Shown here: one piece after another, positions 15,301 to 28,162 of the stretch
Position numbering within the stretch: position 1 is the first letter of the stretch
Layout: each line of letters opens with the position of its first letter
From: Tubulanus polymorphus
Lineage: Eukaryota; Animalia; Nemertea
Length of the DNA stretch: 64,000 nucleotides
Assembly (NCBI RefSeq): GCF_964204645.1
Contig: NC_134029.1
Location: 9,760,850 to 9,824,849, forward strand
Direction: 5' to 3'
The notes under the pieces: generated by a model
The model's input: the letters and a program-made list of their open reading frames with translations, nothing else
Told to the model about the DNA's origin: nothing
Database searches by the model: none
Made by a program: the position numbers and the translations under genes

Positions 15301-16184
15301 GAAATCGTGGGGCGTAATTCTCTAAATCATAATCAAGCAATAATGTGTGATGGGCATATTTGTCATAATAAAATTCTACGAGAAGCATGACAATAATACT
15401 TCATAACTTTATGCATGATACATCGAGCCTGCCCCAGGGGTTCTTGTTCATTTTCCAAAACTGTCTAGAACTTACAATTGTCTCGATAAAGTCTCAAGCT
15501 CCATGGACATCTCGTTCAATTAACTGGACTATACCATTTATGTCTGGTAAAAACTTTACAATTTCATTTGATAAATGAATAGATGTGTAATTCGTCTTTT
15601 AACAGTGTATATCATATCATCTTCCTCTTCAGTTACATCATATTATCGTTATCTTCAGTTCAGCAACACAAGTTTGCGTTCTCCTGTTCGAATATTCGAC
15701 TCAAATCGAATGATTTTGAAAATTTTCGTTCCATTCCCGTTTACTGTGACATGACGAATGTATCAAACATGCGAATTTGAAAATCTCCGCGTGTGTATTT
15801 TCCGATCGATACCGGGGAAATACATAGCTTAATGTAATAACGATATCATATCCTTTATTACATTTTTATCGTGACGTCTCACAATTGGACGCATGCGAGC
15901 CGCAATATCCGGTCGTATTTGGGGGCCAGGCGACACAAAGCCATAGTTTCTAATCCCCTCGATACACCATCATCTCACTATCATCGTCATCGTCATCGTC
16001 GGCATCATGATAGTAGATAAAACATTATTATTCCCACCTCGAAAACTAGAGAAGTATTTGCCCTGACATTTTCTATTACACCATCATTCGCATAGTGTCA
16101 ACTCGGATAGTTATAACTGCAGCGACATGCCGCGCGCGCGTGCCTTCAGTGAGAACAAATCGAAATTGACTTGACGACCGACCG

Positions 16185-16395
16185 ATGAGCGAGAACTTCG
16201 AAGATTTTATTGCTCTGTTGTATCTGCTGATTATAGGCGACGCGATTTTTTTTCGTGCGCAAATTGTACTTGTCAAGGACGACGAGTCGTGCATCGAGAC
16301 GTGTTCTCGTCGAAAAAAATGGCTTAGATCGAATCAATTCATACGAAATTTTTTATTTTTTTCGATTGTGCATTTTCGGAATTATTATTTTCGGT
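16185..16395 (+). CDS. Candidate first coding exon of the CARP gene (uncertain)
   Basis: CpG-rich patch and Inr-like TCAGT (16146-16150) upstream. ATG 16185 opens a hydrophobic stretch (FIALLYLLIIGDA). Donor T|GTAAGA at 16395/16396 is phase 1, matching the phase-1 acceptor at 25677. The resulting 70-aa N-terminus is longer than expected for this family. Confidence 0.3.
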
Positions 16396-17685
16396 GTAAG
16401 ATGTCTGTTCACAAAGGCGGATGAATTGGCTGAAACCTCAAATGGCATTCGAAAGAGAACGTATATAATTCCTCTTATGGAAGAGCAAAAAGAACCTTTG
16501 ATTAATTAAGGCTATGTGAAGGGAAAAGATGATCAGAGCTAAAAATGAGATGATCAATTAACAATGCGCGTTCGCGTCAGATCAGTTGATGCATCGTGTA
16601 GTTATCCCAGATAATTTGTCATCAGATTATGTTATCTATGTTCTAAGATGTTTAAAAAGTATTATGTTAGAGATGTACAATGTGTTAACGATCTTTATGA
16701 TTTCCTTATGATAGAGATCGAATAAGAATAATCAAATGTTTGTCGTCGCTATTCAGAGGTTTCAAGTGGACTACAAAATGACAGAATTATTGTGGTGGCT
16801 CAATCCCACACGTATTTTATTTGAACGAGTTATAAAACGAATGATAATCGTTTTAACGCGTTTTAACGCGGTATTTCATGTTTATTGCGGAAAAGGGAAG
16901 AGAAATGCGGATTTCGATGATTCTTTTTGTCATGGCCCGAAGCAGCTACCACAGATAGTCAATATAGTTTGGTTCAAGGCAGCCAGCTACATCAAATAAG
17001 AACAGAGCAAACATCAAAGTCGAAATCAGGATAAAGAAAATGTTGAATTTGAATCTCGTATCGGGATAAAATATGAGAAAATCATATCTTTATTCAGTAC
17101 ACGTTTAAGCGTTCTCGGTGCTTCGCGCGTGGTGGGCTCTGCGGTCACCGGACAGATGATAAATAGATTTTGACGCATTGAGAGTGTAATCCTAGCGAGT
17201 ACTAACGATTAATTCCGACACACGCCGTGGTTTTACATTGTCTCCTCAGTGATCGGCGCAATCTAATGTACTCTAGCCGAAGCAGCCAGACGATGGATCC
17301 TGCCTGCCTGATCTCTGCCTACTGGGATGTAACAATGATGAACTTCAAATATTGTCAAACCACATACCGAAATCAATGCCTAGCACATTCTGTCTATATT
17401 GACCTGTTCCAGGGATATTTTATGTCCGGGTCGTATGCATCTCATCTATATGATGTCACCATTGGCTACAGGCAGTCACTTGGGTATAGGCAGTCAACAG
17501 CCGGCTTTTGCGGCTTAACTTAGATAAAAAAATCACTACTTATTACTCAGAATCAATACGTAGTTGATTTGTCAGATATCATTTTTATCAGAGTTCATAT
17601 TCAGTCATTACTCTCATTATCATTATTCATTGCAGCTTATTTCTCTATCACTTGCTTCCCCCTTTGGAGTCCAACGTGTGGAGTC

Positions 17686-18012
17686 CTATAGCCCAACGCA
17701 AACGACGCAAATAAACACAGAAACAGGGAACAGAAACATGTTTCAAAACGTTTCCTTGTGTCGCGTGTGTTTAACGGGAAACCGAAAACTTATTTTCGAG
17801 AACAATTCTTCCGAGATCCAACATGTTTTCTTTTCTGTGTTTACGTGTTTCCGTGCTTAAAAGCCCAACCCCCAAGATACAGGTAAACACGGAAACATCT
17901 TAGAAACAGAAACACGTTTCTGAACGGGTGCATTTATGAGGAACGAGGATCACGGTTTCAGGAACCGATGTTTCCGAGAACACATGTTTAATTCCGTGTT
18001 TCCCTGTTTCCC
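17686..18012. repeat. Degenerate MITE-like region with repeated AAACA(C/G)/TGTTT motifs in both orientations
   Basis: Two AGCCCAAC starts, multiple GAAACA(G/C)/GTGTTTC(C) inverted motifs; element ends and TSD not resolved. Confidence 0.35.
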
Positions 18013-18623
18013 ATAAGAACATGTTAACTTTGACGGTTAGAATAATCTAAGGCCACGTTGATGCTCTAAAAAATGCGGTTTTTCCATAGATATTTTTAAG
18101 CAATTTCAATCATGGAGTATCTCTGCAACGACGACACGTGTATTTGAATATAGAATTGACACATGACTATTACGCTGACAACCGATATAAATTTGTACAT
18201 CCACGTACAAATGAAATATATCAAGTGCATAATCTGTAGATATTCAGCCGTCGCAATTAGACCTAATTGGACGTCGCGTTAATTGAGAAAAACGCGGAAA
18301 TGCACTTCAAACATTCTCAGGACTCTCGTTAGTTGAAGTATGTACGTCTACACAAGTGATTCGCGAAGCCGAGTGGAATTTTTTTTCATAAGTGATGCAA
18401 ACGCGTTCGTATCACACGTGTAATATCATGTGTTGAAAAAGGCGGAAACGACGTTCCCGACGTTTAATGTACGGAAACGTGACTAATCTGTGACTTTGTA
18501 TTTTCAAATTGAAGGTAATATGAATATTTGGAAATATTGATGAAACTGGATGGATAATTTTCCATCTTACACTCTGACCGTGTTCCCATACCAAAACTGT
18601 TTACTCAGGGCTAATATCTGTCT

Positions 18624-18755
18624 ACGTTTCGACTACGTAATAGTCTGATAATCCTGAAGATGACTTTAGGACATGTCAGAATACGAACTAGCTCAAGGAA
18701 ACATTTCGGACATGTTTCTCAGTGTTGGATATTATGTTTTCTTTGAATAAATCTA
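18624..18755 (+). mobile_element. Penelope-like pLTR remnant
   Basis: Inverted ACGTTTCGAC (18624) followed by CTGAAGATGAC (18654) and AAACATTTCGGACATGTTTCTC, the latter shared with the copies near 52710 and 53810. Confidence 0.45.
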
Positions 18756-21700
18756 TTTATTCCTTCTTCATCATTAAATCTAGATTCTCCGAGTCTTCTT
18801 AGAGATAAATTCCAATATATCTATTTATCTTGCATACATGGATATAGAGTTTAAATGGGTATAGCTCTTTATTTAGTTAGTCTTTGCATATAGCGTTTAT
18901 CAAATATAACTGAAATTTTCTCGACGCTGGCTTCGACAAAACTCCATTTCGTGCCCGAAAGCAATCGGTTCTTTTTCTGCCATTTCGAAAATACTGACAA
19001 AAAACGACGCGGGGCAAAGATTGTCAGTGACAGCTGTTTACATTATGACGTTACTTCCATTACGCGAATTGTGTGTAGTGTTGTATTACCAGGCAATTCC
19101 AGGCGTTACGATGCGTTTACCGAGCGCTAAATTAAAAAACAAATACCCAATTAAGCGTCCTCGTCGCAGGAATTAGGCACCCCAAGAGATCGACGCATGA
19201 TGGACTCTTAATGTCCAGGGAATGTGATGCATTTACTTCACTGTCTATTCGTGACTTCGAATGAACACGCGGACAACTCGGATATACAGTCATCGCGGAC
19301 TAATCACATTGCAGGGTAATTGCACATTTTTTCTCTCCGATATAGAGTTATTCGAATACAAGATGATCTATGGATCATTAACAATAACGCAACGTGGGTT
19401 GGTTTCAGTTTAGTTTTTCACTAGTCGATATGACTGAAAGATCACCGGTGGCACACGCACGCGAATTTAATGAAAATTTCGACGATTTGGCACTCTCTGC
19501 CTATTAAATTTCTTGATCAAATATGGATTTTATTCTCATTTCTAACCGTATGAAATCTATTCCTTCAATATGTTATATGTATATACATACGTATGTATGT
19601 AAATATCCTCCGGCATGCGATAGTTTTTAGCTGATTTCGTCGGGTTTATATCGAAGGGCTGAATAGATAGCGTGTTCGATCTTGTATTCCGTCTTGCGAC
19701 TAGGAGAGAATCGAGGAAATTGAATAAGTTTAATCTGTTTGATCGCGGCGTACCGGTGCATGACCCGGCGCATCCATTGCCGGATCAGAACCAGCCAGCC
19801 GAAACCGGGCGGTTTTTATCGACGACGCTCAGATTGCGCGTTATCTCGGTCTAATAGGATTTCAATTGGCTGGCAATAGCAAAACCGCACGAGGGTTATG
19901 GATTATTCGATGAATACAATATCAATAATATTGAAAAAAATGAATGGGCGACGCTTATTGAGCAACTCTTCTCGTTTGTAGACAATCCACGCGTCTCTAT
20001 ATAGCTCATAGATAGATTACTATGTGAGTTGACGTATTGACCGCCGCCATCCTTCCGATAACTACTATCGTATCAATAGAGATTATACGAGCAAGACGAG
20101 ACGGGGAACGAATGAATGACTCTCAAAACGTGCGTCGATTGGTCATTTTACTAATATTACCGTTCATTCGACGGACAGATACGAATTGTCAACATGTTTT
20201 CTTTTTATTTGTTTATACGATGGACCTAGTTTCTATACGTCCGTGTTTAAACTTTCAGTAGATCTTGGGTCGGTGGATAGATACGAAGTTGGGGGAATAT
20301 TCGGATATTCAGGCCTAACAGTTGCTGATAAAATGTTACATCTGGGATTAACAACTGATGTCGAGTCAAAATTTGTCGGAAACGTGGATCTGGGTCATAT
20401 AACATTTTGTAGCGATTTTAGATGATTTTATGCCTACAGGCAATAAATCCTAAACCCACGAATTTCGATAATGAGTTTTGTCTTAGTATACATATCAAAT
20501 GATTTGCGTTGACGTTACGGATGTGACGTCGTCTATTCGTAATCAGTCTCGAATCGATAATGACAGCTTGAATGCCGCTCGAATCAATATCTATTAACAA
20601 TGGATTCATTTTCATTCTGTTTACCGGTGTTTGTTTACCCGGTATTATTCTATTCGAGAAATATTCTACATAGTTATAGATTTCTAGATTTACGATAATT
20701 GCACGACCGGATAATCTTATCAATGATTCATAAAAAATCGCCTGTCCCGAAGTTCTGATTATTCGATTACGTATACGCGAATCTACTAATCTCTAATGAA
20801 ATTAGAAATTAGCCGATATAGCCGCAGTTTTTCCTCCGCGGGGACGACGAAACACGAAACCGGCACGGCCGAATGCGTGCCCGATCGAACGTCAATGTAA
20901 TTGAGACATTGCGATACTCACAATTACATATTTCTTCGCTAAAACAATTTATGACAGTTATCGGTGATTTATGGTTACATCGTGTGTCGATATGTTCGCT
21001 GCCGTTCGCTAATCATATAGTGTTCTGTGCGAAGGTGCTGCTAATTCTTCTCTTCCGTTAGTCTCGATTCCCGGCGCGTGTGTGTGTGTGTACTGTCTCT
21101 TTCGATAAAAAGCTCGACGCGCTGCCGTACAAGATTTACGACTGAAACGGCGGGGAAAGATCAATCACGTCAAATTGAAACAGATGAAAATTTCGTCCCA
21201 AACGATTCGCTTTGCAGTGGCATCAGAATACGATTCACGCTTTAAAACTATGGTGAATTGAGCCGAGTATTTATACTAGTCTAATTGTTACTCGTTAAAG
21301 TCTGCGCTAAATTGAGCATTTGAACTTTTTCATAAAAGTCGGCTTGGTTTATCAAAAGGTTAAATGGAAATTATACTTTATTGCATTATTTAGTTGGATT
21401 TGTAGACATCAATTATCACTCTTTCTGGATTTTTGTTGAAACAACATTTGTTTTTTTAAACAAACAATTGAAAATGTATACTCTTGGATTGAATTCGTTT
21501 GAATTGGATTGAATGAGTTATGCCCAGCCCACGGGCTCGAAAATTATCTCGTTAAGTGACACCTTACATACGTCGGGTTCCATTGTATCAACGGTTAGAT
21601 TTGTATAATGGTGATACGGATCCAGCCGTTGGTTTTATCTCATTTTAGCCATTATCTCCGGTATAAGATTTTGAATCGGTTGATTGCGTGATCAGAGGAA

Positions 21701-22979
21701 ACACATCCGTGATGTATTTGTATCCTGGTTATGCATGTATATGCCAGTCCTATCGGATATCAAATACTTGACTCAAGGAGAAACCTGCCTCATTAAAAGT
21801 TTTTCTTCGTATCCTCACGCGAAATGAGATGCGGTTTATTTCGATCTATTACTCCAAAGGGCAACATAGCAAGTGCGGTACGCGGTAAAAATGCCTGAGG
21901 TCAATATACCAGAAGGAAATATGCACTATATCCGTATATTCATATTCATAATTATAACAACAAATACTGAATTTTAATCTAATGCTTTTGACGAAACTTC
22001 TGATTTGATTAATCATAACAAACTAGTGTGTCAAAGTCTTTTTTTATATAAACTTCTCATTTCATCGTCGATTTGATATCTAAATAACACCAAACTCGCT
22101 GTCAAAAACTCTCAAATTTCTCGATGCAATACCACAGAAACCTATGCTTCCGTGCATTACGACAACTAGTTTGTCAAAATCTTCTCATTTACTATACTAG
22201 CGAATACGGTAAACAAGAGCTTAGTTTGATACTTGCCCTTAAATAAGAGCTTTAAATTTGATAATTGCCACAAAGAATTTATGAAATTGGATAACTTTTC
22301 ATTTACATAAGGGTGTACAATAAGTTGCCCGATGCCGCAACAAAGATGGTTTAATATTCGACCATTAGATAAGCTCTAGGAAATATTCGTAATAGATATC
22401 GACATTTGAAATCGATGACAAATGGAGTGATCGAAAAAATCTTTTTCAATGATTTTCAATGATTTTTTCAGAAACGTTCTCGTCGGAATTGCATTTTCCA
22501 CCCGCAGATTGCCGATTCGAACGTGTTTGCATACATAAATGTTAATACGAAATCGTATTTCATCTGCTTCCGCTTTGACGTTGCACTGCATCGTCAAACG
22601 TGAACATCAACTGCCACCGAAAAAAAACGACAAGCCGCGTGAAAATGATTGATATATTTATGCGCAATAAATCACGGCAAAATGACATCGTTTATGCCCG
22701 CTACGGAATTCTGAGCGGCGTTCAAATTGTACGCCGGTTTCTGATGACAGTATGAATCCCGTCAGCATTCATCATAAATCTTATACCAGCGATAAACATG
22801 CGAACTTATCATTAAATAACTGAGAATTTTACTCGCTTTATGTGATTAATCATTTATTATTTATTATTCGTTATATCATATATATCTGCTTTCTGCTATC
22901 ATCGCTCCATACCTAAAGCGGACAGACACACACTGGGTGGGTTGAATACATGTACTACTAGATATATATAGTAAAGTTA

Positions 22980-23180
22980 CACTCTTAGAACAAGGGGTTC
23001 AACAATAGAATCTAGGGGTTCTTCAGCTTGCCTTCGAAGGAACCCTTAAAGGTTCTCCAATCTTCAATGAACATTATTTGTACGGTTCTCTAAAAAAACT
23101 ACAGGGAAATTTTTTTCCCATAAAGGGTTTCTTTTAAAGAACCCCTTTAAATATCATCAGATGGTTCTTGACAGGGTATC
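22980..23180. mobile_element. Terminal fragment of a non-autonomous CACTA/EnSpm-like DNA transposon
   Basis: TA|CACTCTTAGAA start followed by repeated GGGTTC/GAACCC subterminal motifs; the opposite terminus was not found. Confidence 0.4.
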
Positions 23181-23953
23181 ATTCAAAACCGTAATGATTA
23201 TTTTCACAACATAAAAAGTGACTTTCTCGGCGTCCCAACGAGACACGTAACAGGTCAATGAAAAAGTTCGCACATCAAACAGACACGTAGGAATAGAAGG
23301 TACTGCAATGCTGTAGTGCATGAAACGTTCTTTGCTGGTGAAATTTGAAAAAGAATTGCCAATTAGCTAAGTGTACTTGCAGGAGAATTCCAGTTTGTTG
23401 TTTATCTTTTTTCCTTAATCATCGACATAAGAATATTTGCACGAATGCGAAAGTACTTTTGTGAATGTGATCTTTTGATTCAATAAGAGGTTTCTCGAAT
23501 TGGCGCCTCTCTTATTCCACCATTCGTATCGCTCGCCACTTTTTAACGTGTTTGATTGAAAAAGCCTTTTTTTCTGCAGCTTTGGTGCTGACTCGGGCAA
23601 TTTATCAAACGTCTCGTTTACATAATGGGCGAATTTGGAGCTTACAACGCTCTAAATGATGGTAACAAATATTATACTGCAACTTTCTGATGCAAAAATA
23701 TAATGTTAAGGAGTAAGATAAAGATTTGAGTGAACCCTAACGGAGTGTGATCTCATCCATTGATTCACAGATTCTCTGATCCTAAGATATCTGAACGGTC
23801 TCAGGAAGGCCTTATACCTTTGCGGCATATTCAACAAATTTCATTTCTATAATTTGTTGGCGAGAAACATGCGCGAAAACATTTTGGTGGGGCAACTACG
23901 GTATTTAAACAACCTATAGGGCAACATAATTTTTGTAATTTTACTTCTAAGGA

Positions 23954-24743
23954 GTGGCCCAAAAATCAATTGGGTACCCGCAAAACCAGCTATCCCACAA
24001 GATGGCGCGACGAGCAGTAGGTCGTTTCAATTTATTTTCAAGGGATAAATTTAAGAGCCCTTGGTTATCATATATAAAGAAAACCTTTGATGACTGTGGT
24101 TTGTCCTGCATTTGGACGCATCAATTCATGACTAACAGTAAATCTTTTTCAAAACGAATAAAACAGATACTCCGTGACCAGCACCTTCAAGAAACCGTAT
24201 CTGCCATAAATACTAATCCGATGTACACTAACTTTAGGCAATTTGAAAATGATATTAGGTTAGAGAAGTATATAATAGAACTTGGTGATGACTTAGGAAC
24301 TCGTTTATTTGAATTTAGGGTCGGGTCCTATATTTTACCTGTGAACAAATTTTCAAACCTTCATTTAGACAGAGCCGATAGAATATGCCCCACTTGTAAT
24401 ACTTTAGGTGACGAATCCCATTTTCTGTTTGACTGTACCCTACTTAACGAACCCCGCAAAAACTATTTGAATTTGAATACCTTTAATACCCTTGATATTC
24501 TGAAAAACCCAACGGTCAAATTAGCTAAATTCATTAAGACCGGCTTAGATGTATATAGATCCCTCCAATAGTATATATAGTATTGTAAATAGTTGATGTA
24601 TATATATTTTGTTACGTTTTCATTCTCTAAATTTTAACCACTCCAGTGTTGTTTTGTAAATATTTGTATATACATGTGTAATAGTTTTCCTCCATATACC
24701 ATGGAAATGGTTGGAGTGTAAATAAAATCGTAATCGTAATCGT
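23954..24743 (+). mobile_element. 5'-truncated non-LTR retrotransposon (RTE-X-like ORF2 C-terminus plus 3'UTR)
   Basis: 205-aa open frame with a C-terminal CCHC finger (RICPTCNTLGDESHFLFDC), then an AT-rich 3'UTR, AATAAA at 24721 and an (AATCGT)n tail. Clade assignment is inference from the motif. Confidence 0.8.
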
Positions 24744-24775
24744 CCGTAGTCAAAATTGGTCCATTTTCAACGAAT

Positions 24776-25037
24776 TTTGAACTGGATTTTTAGACTCCCA
24801 AATCCATACATTATCACAGGACTTACTAAATATACAATACTTTCATTCTTCAACTCGGATATCGGTGTAGTTTTCATAAATAATTGATTCATTTAAGATA
24901 AAAATGCATTCAGATTTGATTGAAATGTATAAGAAATCGACCGCGGACGACCAACAATCTACTAGCGAACATGGTGGATCCTCGCCCGCCATACGTGGAA
25001 TCCTCGATTGCCACAGTAGCACTGCGGGTTTTCCCTC
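24776..25037 (+). repeat. Dispersed repeat, copy 1
   Basis: Shares TTTGAACTG.ATTTTT.G.CTCCC, AGAAATCGA.CGCGGA and ACTAGCGAACATGGTGGATCCTCGCC.GCCATA...GGAATCCTCGATTGC with 28026-28162. Confidence 0.8.
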
Positions 25038-25676
25038 GTGTATGGCATTTTTTTCTTTTCTCGGGATTGGAAAATGAAGTCATAAAGGCAGTCACGAATC
25101 TATTCGCCCTAACCTTTTCTGTTAGTTCGAACATCATCGTCCAGACAAGAAATTACCCGCCGTCGGTAAAACTCAGAGCACTGCCGTCTCTCTCTAAAGC
25201 CGCCGTGTAACTGCATGGTAACCGCGGAAATTAAGCCTAGTCCTGTTAGCTTTACACCTCCGCTATGCGTTCAATCGATGATGGCCGTGGTTACACGGCG
25301 CTAAAATAATAACGGAAGAAGTGATTGAGATGGCTTTTGATAAGAGATAATTGAATCTTGCGCTGATTTGGTTATCGGCGTCGTTTTGAGTATCGGCAAG
25401 GTCGGTGGAGCCACTGGCGGGTCACGATATCGGTAACGGGATAAAGTAGGCGATAATTAACTAATGCTAATTGATGTCACAATCGATCGACGCTAATGAA
25501 TCAAATCGTAATGTAAATAAGCGGATAAAACGCTACAATTTATTGACTCACGAACGAATTCGATAATACAACTCGCCAGGGTTCGAAAAATAGGTCAACG
25601 CCGTAACCATTTTTAGCGAGTTCCGTTATTTTCATTAAATCTAAAACTAATTTTTCAAATCTCTTCTTTCTTTCAG

Positions 25677-25724
25677 GCAGAGGTTTGAATTGGCACATCT
25701 GGTGGACACATGAAGGGATATCAG
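25677..25724 (+). CDS. CARP (CA10/CA11-like) exon: RGLNWHIWWTHEGIS(G)
   Basis: Polypyrimidine tract + tttcag acceptor, G|gttagg donor, 48 nt, phase 1/1. The WWxxEGISGP motif continues in frame into the next exon. Confidence 0.9.
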
Positions 25725-25849
25725 GTTAGGTGTTGTTTCATTTAATATTCCTGTTTCATAGCGTCGGTTTGTATCTCATTTTCCTCTGTGTACTAAGAAA
25801 CGATTTTCAGTTCTTTCTTCTGAGTGGCAACAACATCGTTATTGAATTC

Positions 25850-26948
25850 AATTTATGTTGGGACTTACAAGAAGAAATTCAATAAGCTTTTGACCTGCAA
25901 GACACGTTCCGATTAAATCTGATTTTCGTTTGAACCCGATTTCCGTATACACCAGTTCCACTGGGCGATATACTGATGAATTACTCATTATATGCCGACG
26001 ATCTTGTATTAGTGTCTAAATCTGAACATGGTCTTCAAAAATGGGATTTAGTAATAAGCATTGTAAAGAGTAAGGCTATAATTTTCAATAAGAAGCAAGT
26101 TCATATTACATGTAAACAAAAAAAACTATCAATTTAGCAGTTCTCGGCGAATTAGGAAGACTACCTATTTATATAGATGCATTTTCCCGTACAATTAACT
26201 TAAATAACCATGTATGTATAAATGTAAATAGTATTGTAAATATAACGGTGAAAGATTTGGGTTCTGTGAAAAACCAGACACATGAATGGAATATCTTCCT
26301 AAAAGCCATACTGGCTGCTACAAATAGTCTAAACCTGCTAGAAGTTGGCCAGATCTCCTATCAGCAAATTAAAAGGTTCAAACAGCGATATAGAATATTT
26401 TAGAAAACAGAAGTAAGATTTTCAAAACAGACTTCAGTTTGGAACCCTATTTACTCCTGAACATCCCATATTCCGCTAAGACAGCTCTAACCAAATTAGG
26501 ACTCGGTAAAACACATAAACTTATGATTGAGAAAGGGCGCTATCTAGGTATCCCTAGGGAAGAGCGCCTTTGTAGCAGATGTGGAGTGGTAGATAATCAG
26601 TTCCACTTTGTGATGGAGTGTGCAAAATTCGATAAATTGAGAACAGACTTGTTGAAGAAATTTTATAACCAATCTCCTAAATGATCAAGACAAATTTGTA
26701 ATTATAACATCCTCTATAGAAATGGCTAAATATTTAGGGAAATTCATTGAGAAAGGGTTTAACTCATGAAATAACTATCATAGACTCATTTACTGAAAAC
26801 CTGTTTACTTCGTGTGTACTGTTATTGTTTTTGTACTCTACGTATTATCATTTTCTTTATAAGGTTTTATTCTCCCCTGTCTTTATTGTTCTTAATCTTA
26901 TAATGTCTAACTACGTTACGGAACAATAAAGAATAATTGAATTGAATT
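25850..26948 (+). mobile_element. Decayed, internally deleted non-LTR retrotransposon (RTE-X-like)
   Basis: RT motif LYADDLVLVSKSEHGLQ (YADD at 25991-26002), C-terminal finger EERLCSRCGVVDNQFHFVMEC (ORF 26439-26684), AATAAA at 26925 and an (ATTGA)n tail. Confidence 0.85.
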
Positions 26949-27007
26949 TCATTAATATACATGTACGCCCATAGACCAATTCAATACAGCTCTCCCTAGC
27001 GGAGAAA

Positions 27008-27074
27008 GACCATCCTCCCTCGGCAGGAATTCGAACCCGGTGCCATCAGATTCAAATCCCCGCGCGGAAGGATT
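27008..27074. mobile_element. 67-bp TIR-only derivative of the CATCCTCCC MITE family
   Basis: CATCCTCCCTCGGCAGGAATTCGAACC and GCCATCAGATTCAAATCCC..GGAAGGAT match the termini of the 44601-44915 and 45246-45926 elements; flanked by a 9-bp direct repeat GCGGAGAAA (26999-27007, 27075-27083). Confidence 0.7.
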
Positions 27075-28025
27075 GCGGAGAAAAATGTAAACAATGTATA
27101 ATTACATTTGCATAAATTACCGGTACGCCTAAACGGAGAAAGTCCGTTTCGGAAACTGCGTCAAAACAGGGAACAGGGCTGAATCTGCTCTAAAAATCTG
27201 TTATGGTATGCAAAGGACCTCTTTTGTTTAAGCGCCCGGTCAGGAATTAGCGTTTTTTTGCTATTTCTGTTTTAGTCACAACATTAGGTTCGAATCCGGA
27301 CAACGCAATATCCTAACTTTCTTTTATTGCCTTCATTTCGAACGCATGGTGTAGAAAACGCGTTATTGCTGTTTTTACAGCGGCTACATTTTTTCCTTAT
27401 TTGAAGCCGCAAATTGAGAAATGATTTTATCGTTGTTGAAAGATATTATTTAATTTAACGCAGCAAAATACATTTCAAGAATACATTCACCGTTTTTATG
27501 GTGACTGATTCTGGCCATACTATTGAACAACAATTTTTGTAATCTCGCGCGAGAAAACAAAATATGGATCAATGTAAAAACGCGTCATCGTGCCCAGCCA
27601 TACAGAATGTTTTTTTAGTATGGCCCGAATAGTTTTTTCTTGTTTTACTGTTTTCTGGCGTTCTAGCGTCTAATTTGCGAATCGGGAATGACACTAAGTA
27701 TTGGTCGATGAGACTGGTCGGTTTTCCCCCCGGCTAGTTTCCCAGGTTTCCTTTTGGCCGATGAATCGCTGGTTATCGTTCGGGTAATCTTCCAAGGTTC
27801 ACAGCCACAGAGCAAACGTAACCCCCTTTTTCAATACGTTTCCTTTGGATAACTGCAGAGAATTTCAAATGGTTGGTTGAGTTCATTTATTTCAGGTGGC
27901 TTAAGGAAACTCATCGAGCTACCTAGGTTTGAATATCGTTACATCTTACATTTTACTACAAAATGGGGAACTCGCAACACCAGCTACATACGCACCGACA
28001 TATGGAGCGACGAGCAACTTCTCAA

Positions 28026-28162
28026 CTTTGAACTGAATTTTTGGGCTCCCGAAATGTAGAAGAAATCGAACGCGGAAGTTCGAGTGACAACTAGCGAACA
28101 TGGTGGATCCTCGCCTGCCATAATTGGAATCCTCGATTGCTACATGATGGCGCAGGTTCCTC
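28026..28162 (+). repeat. Dispersed repeat, copy 2
   Basis: Homologous to 24776-25037, same orientation. Confidence 0.8.
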
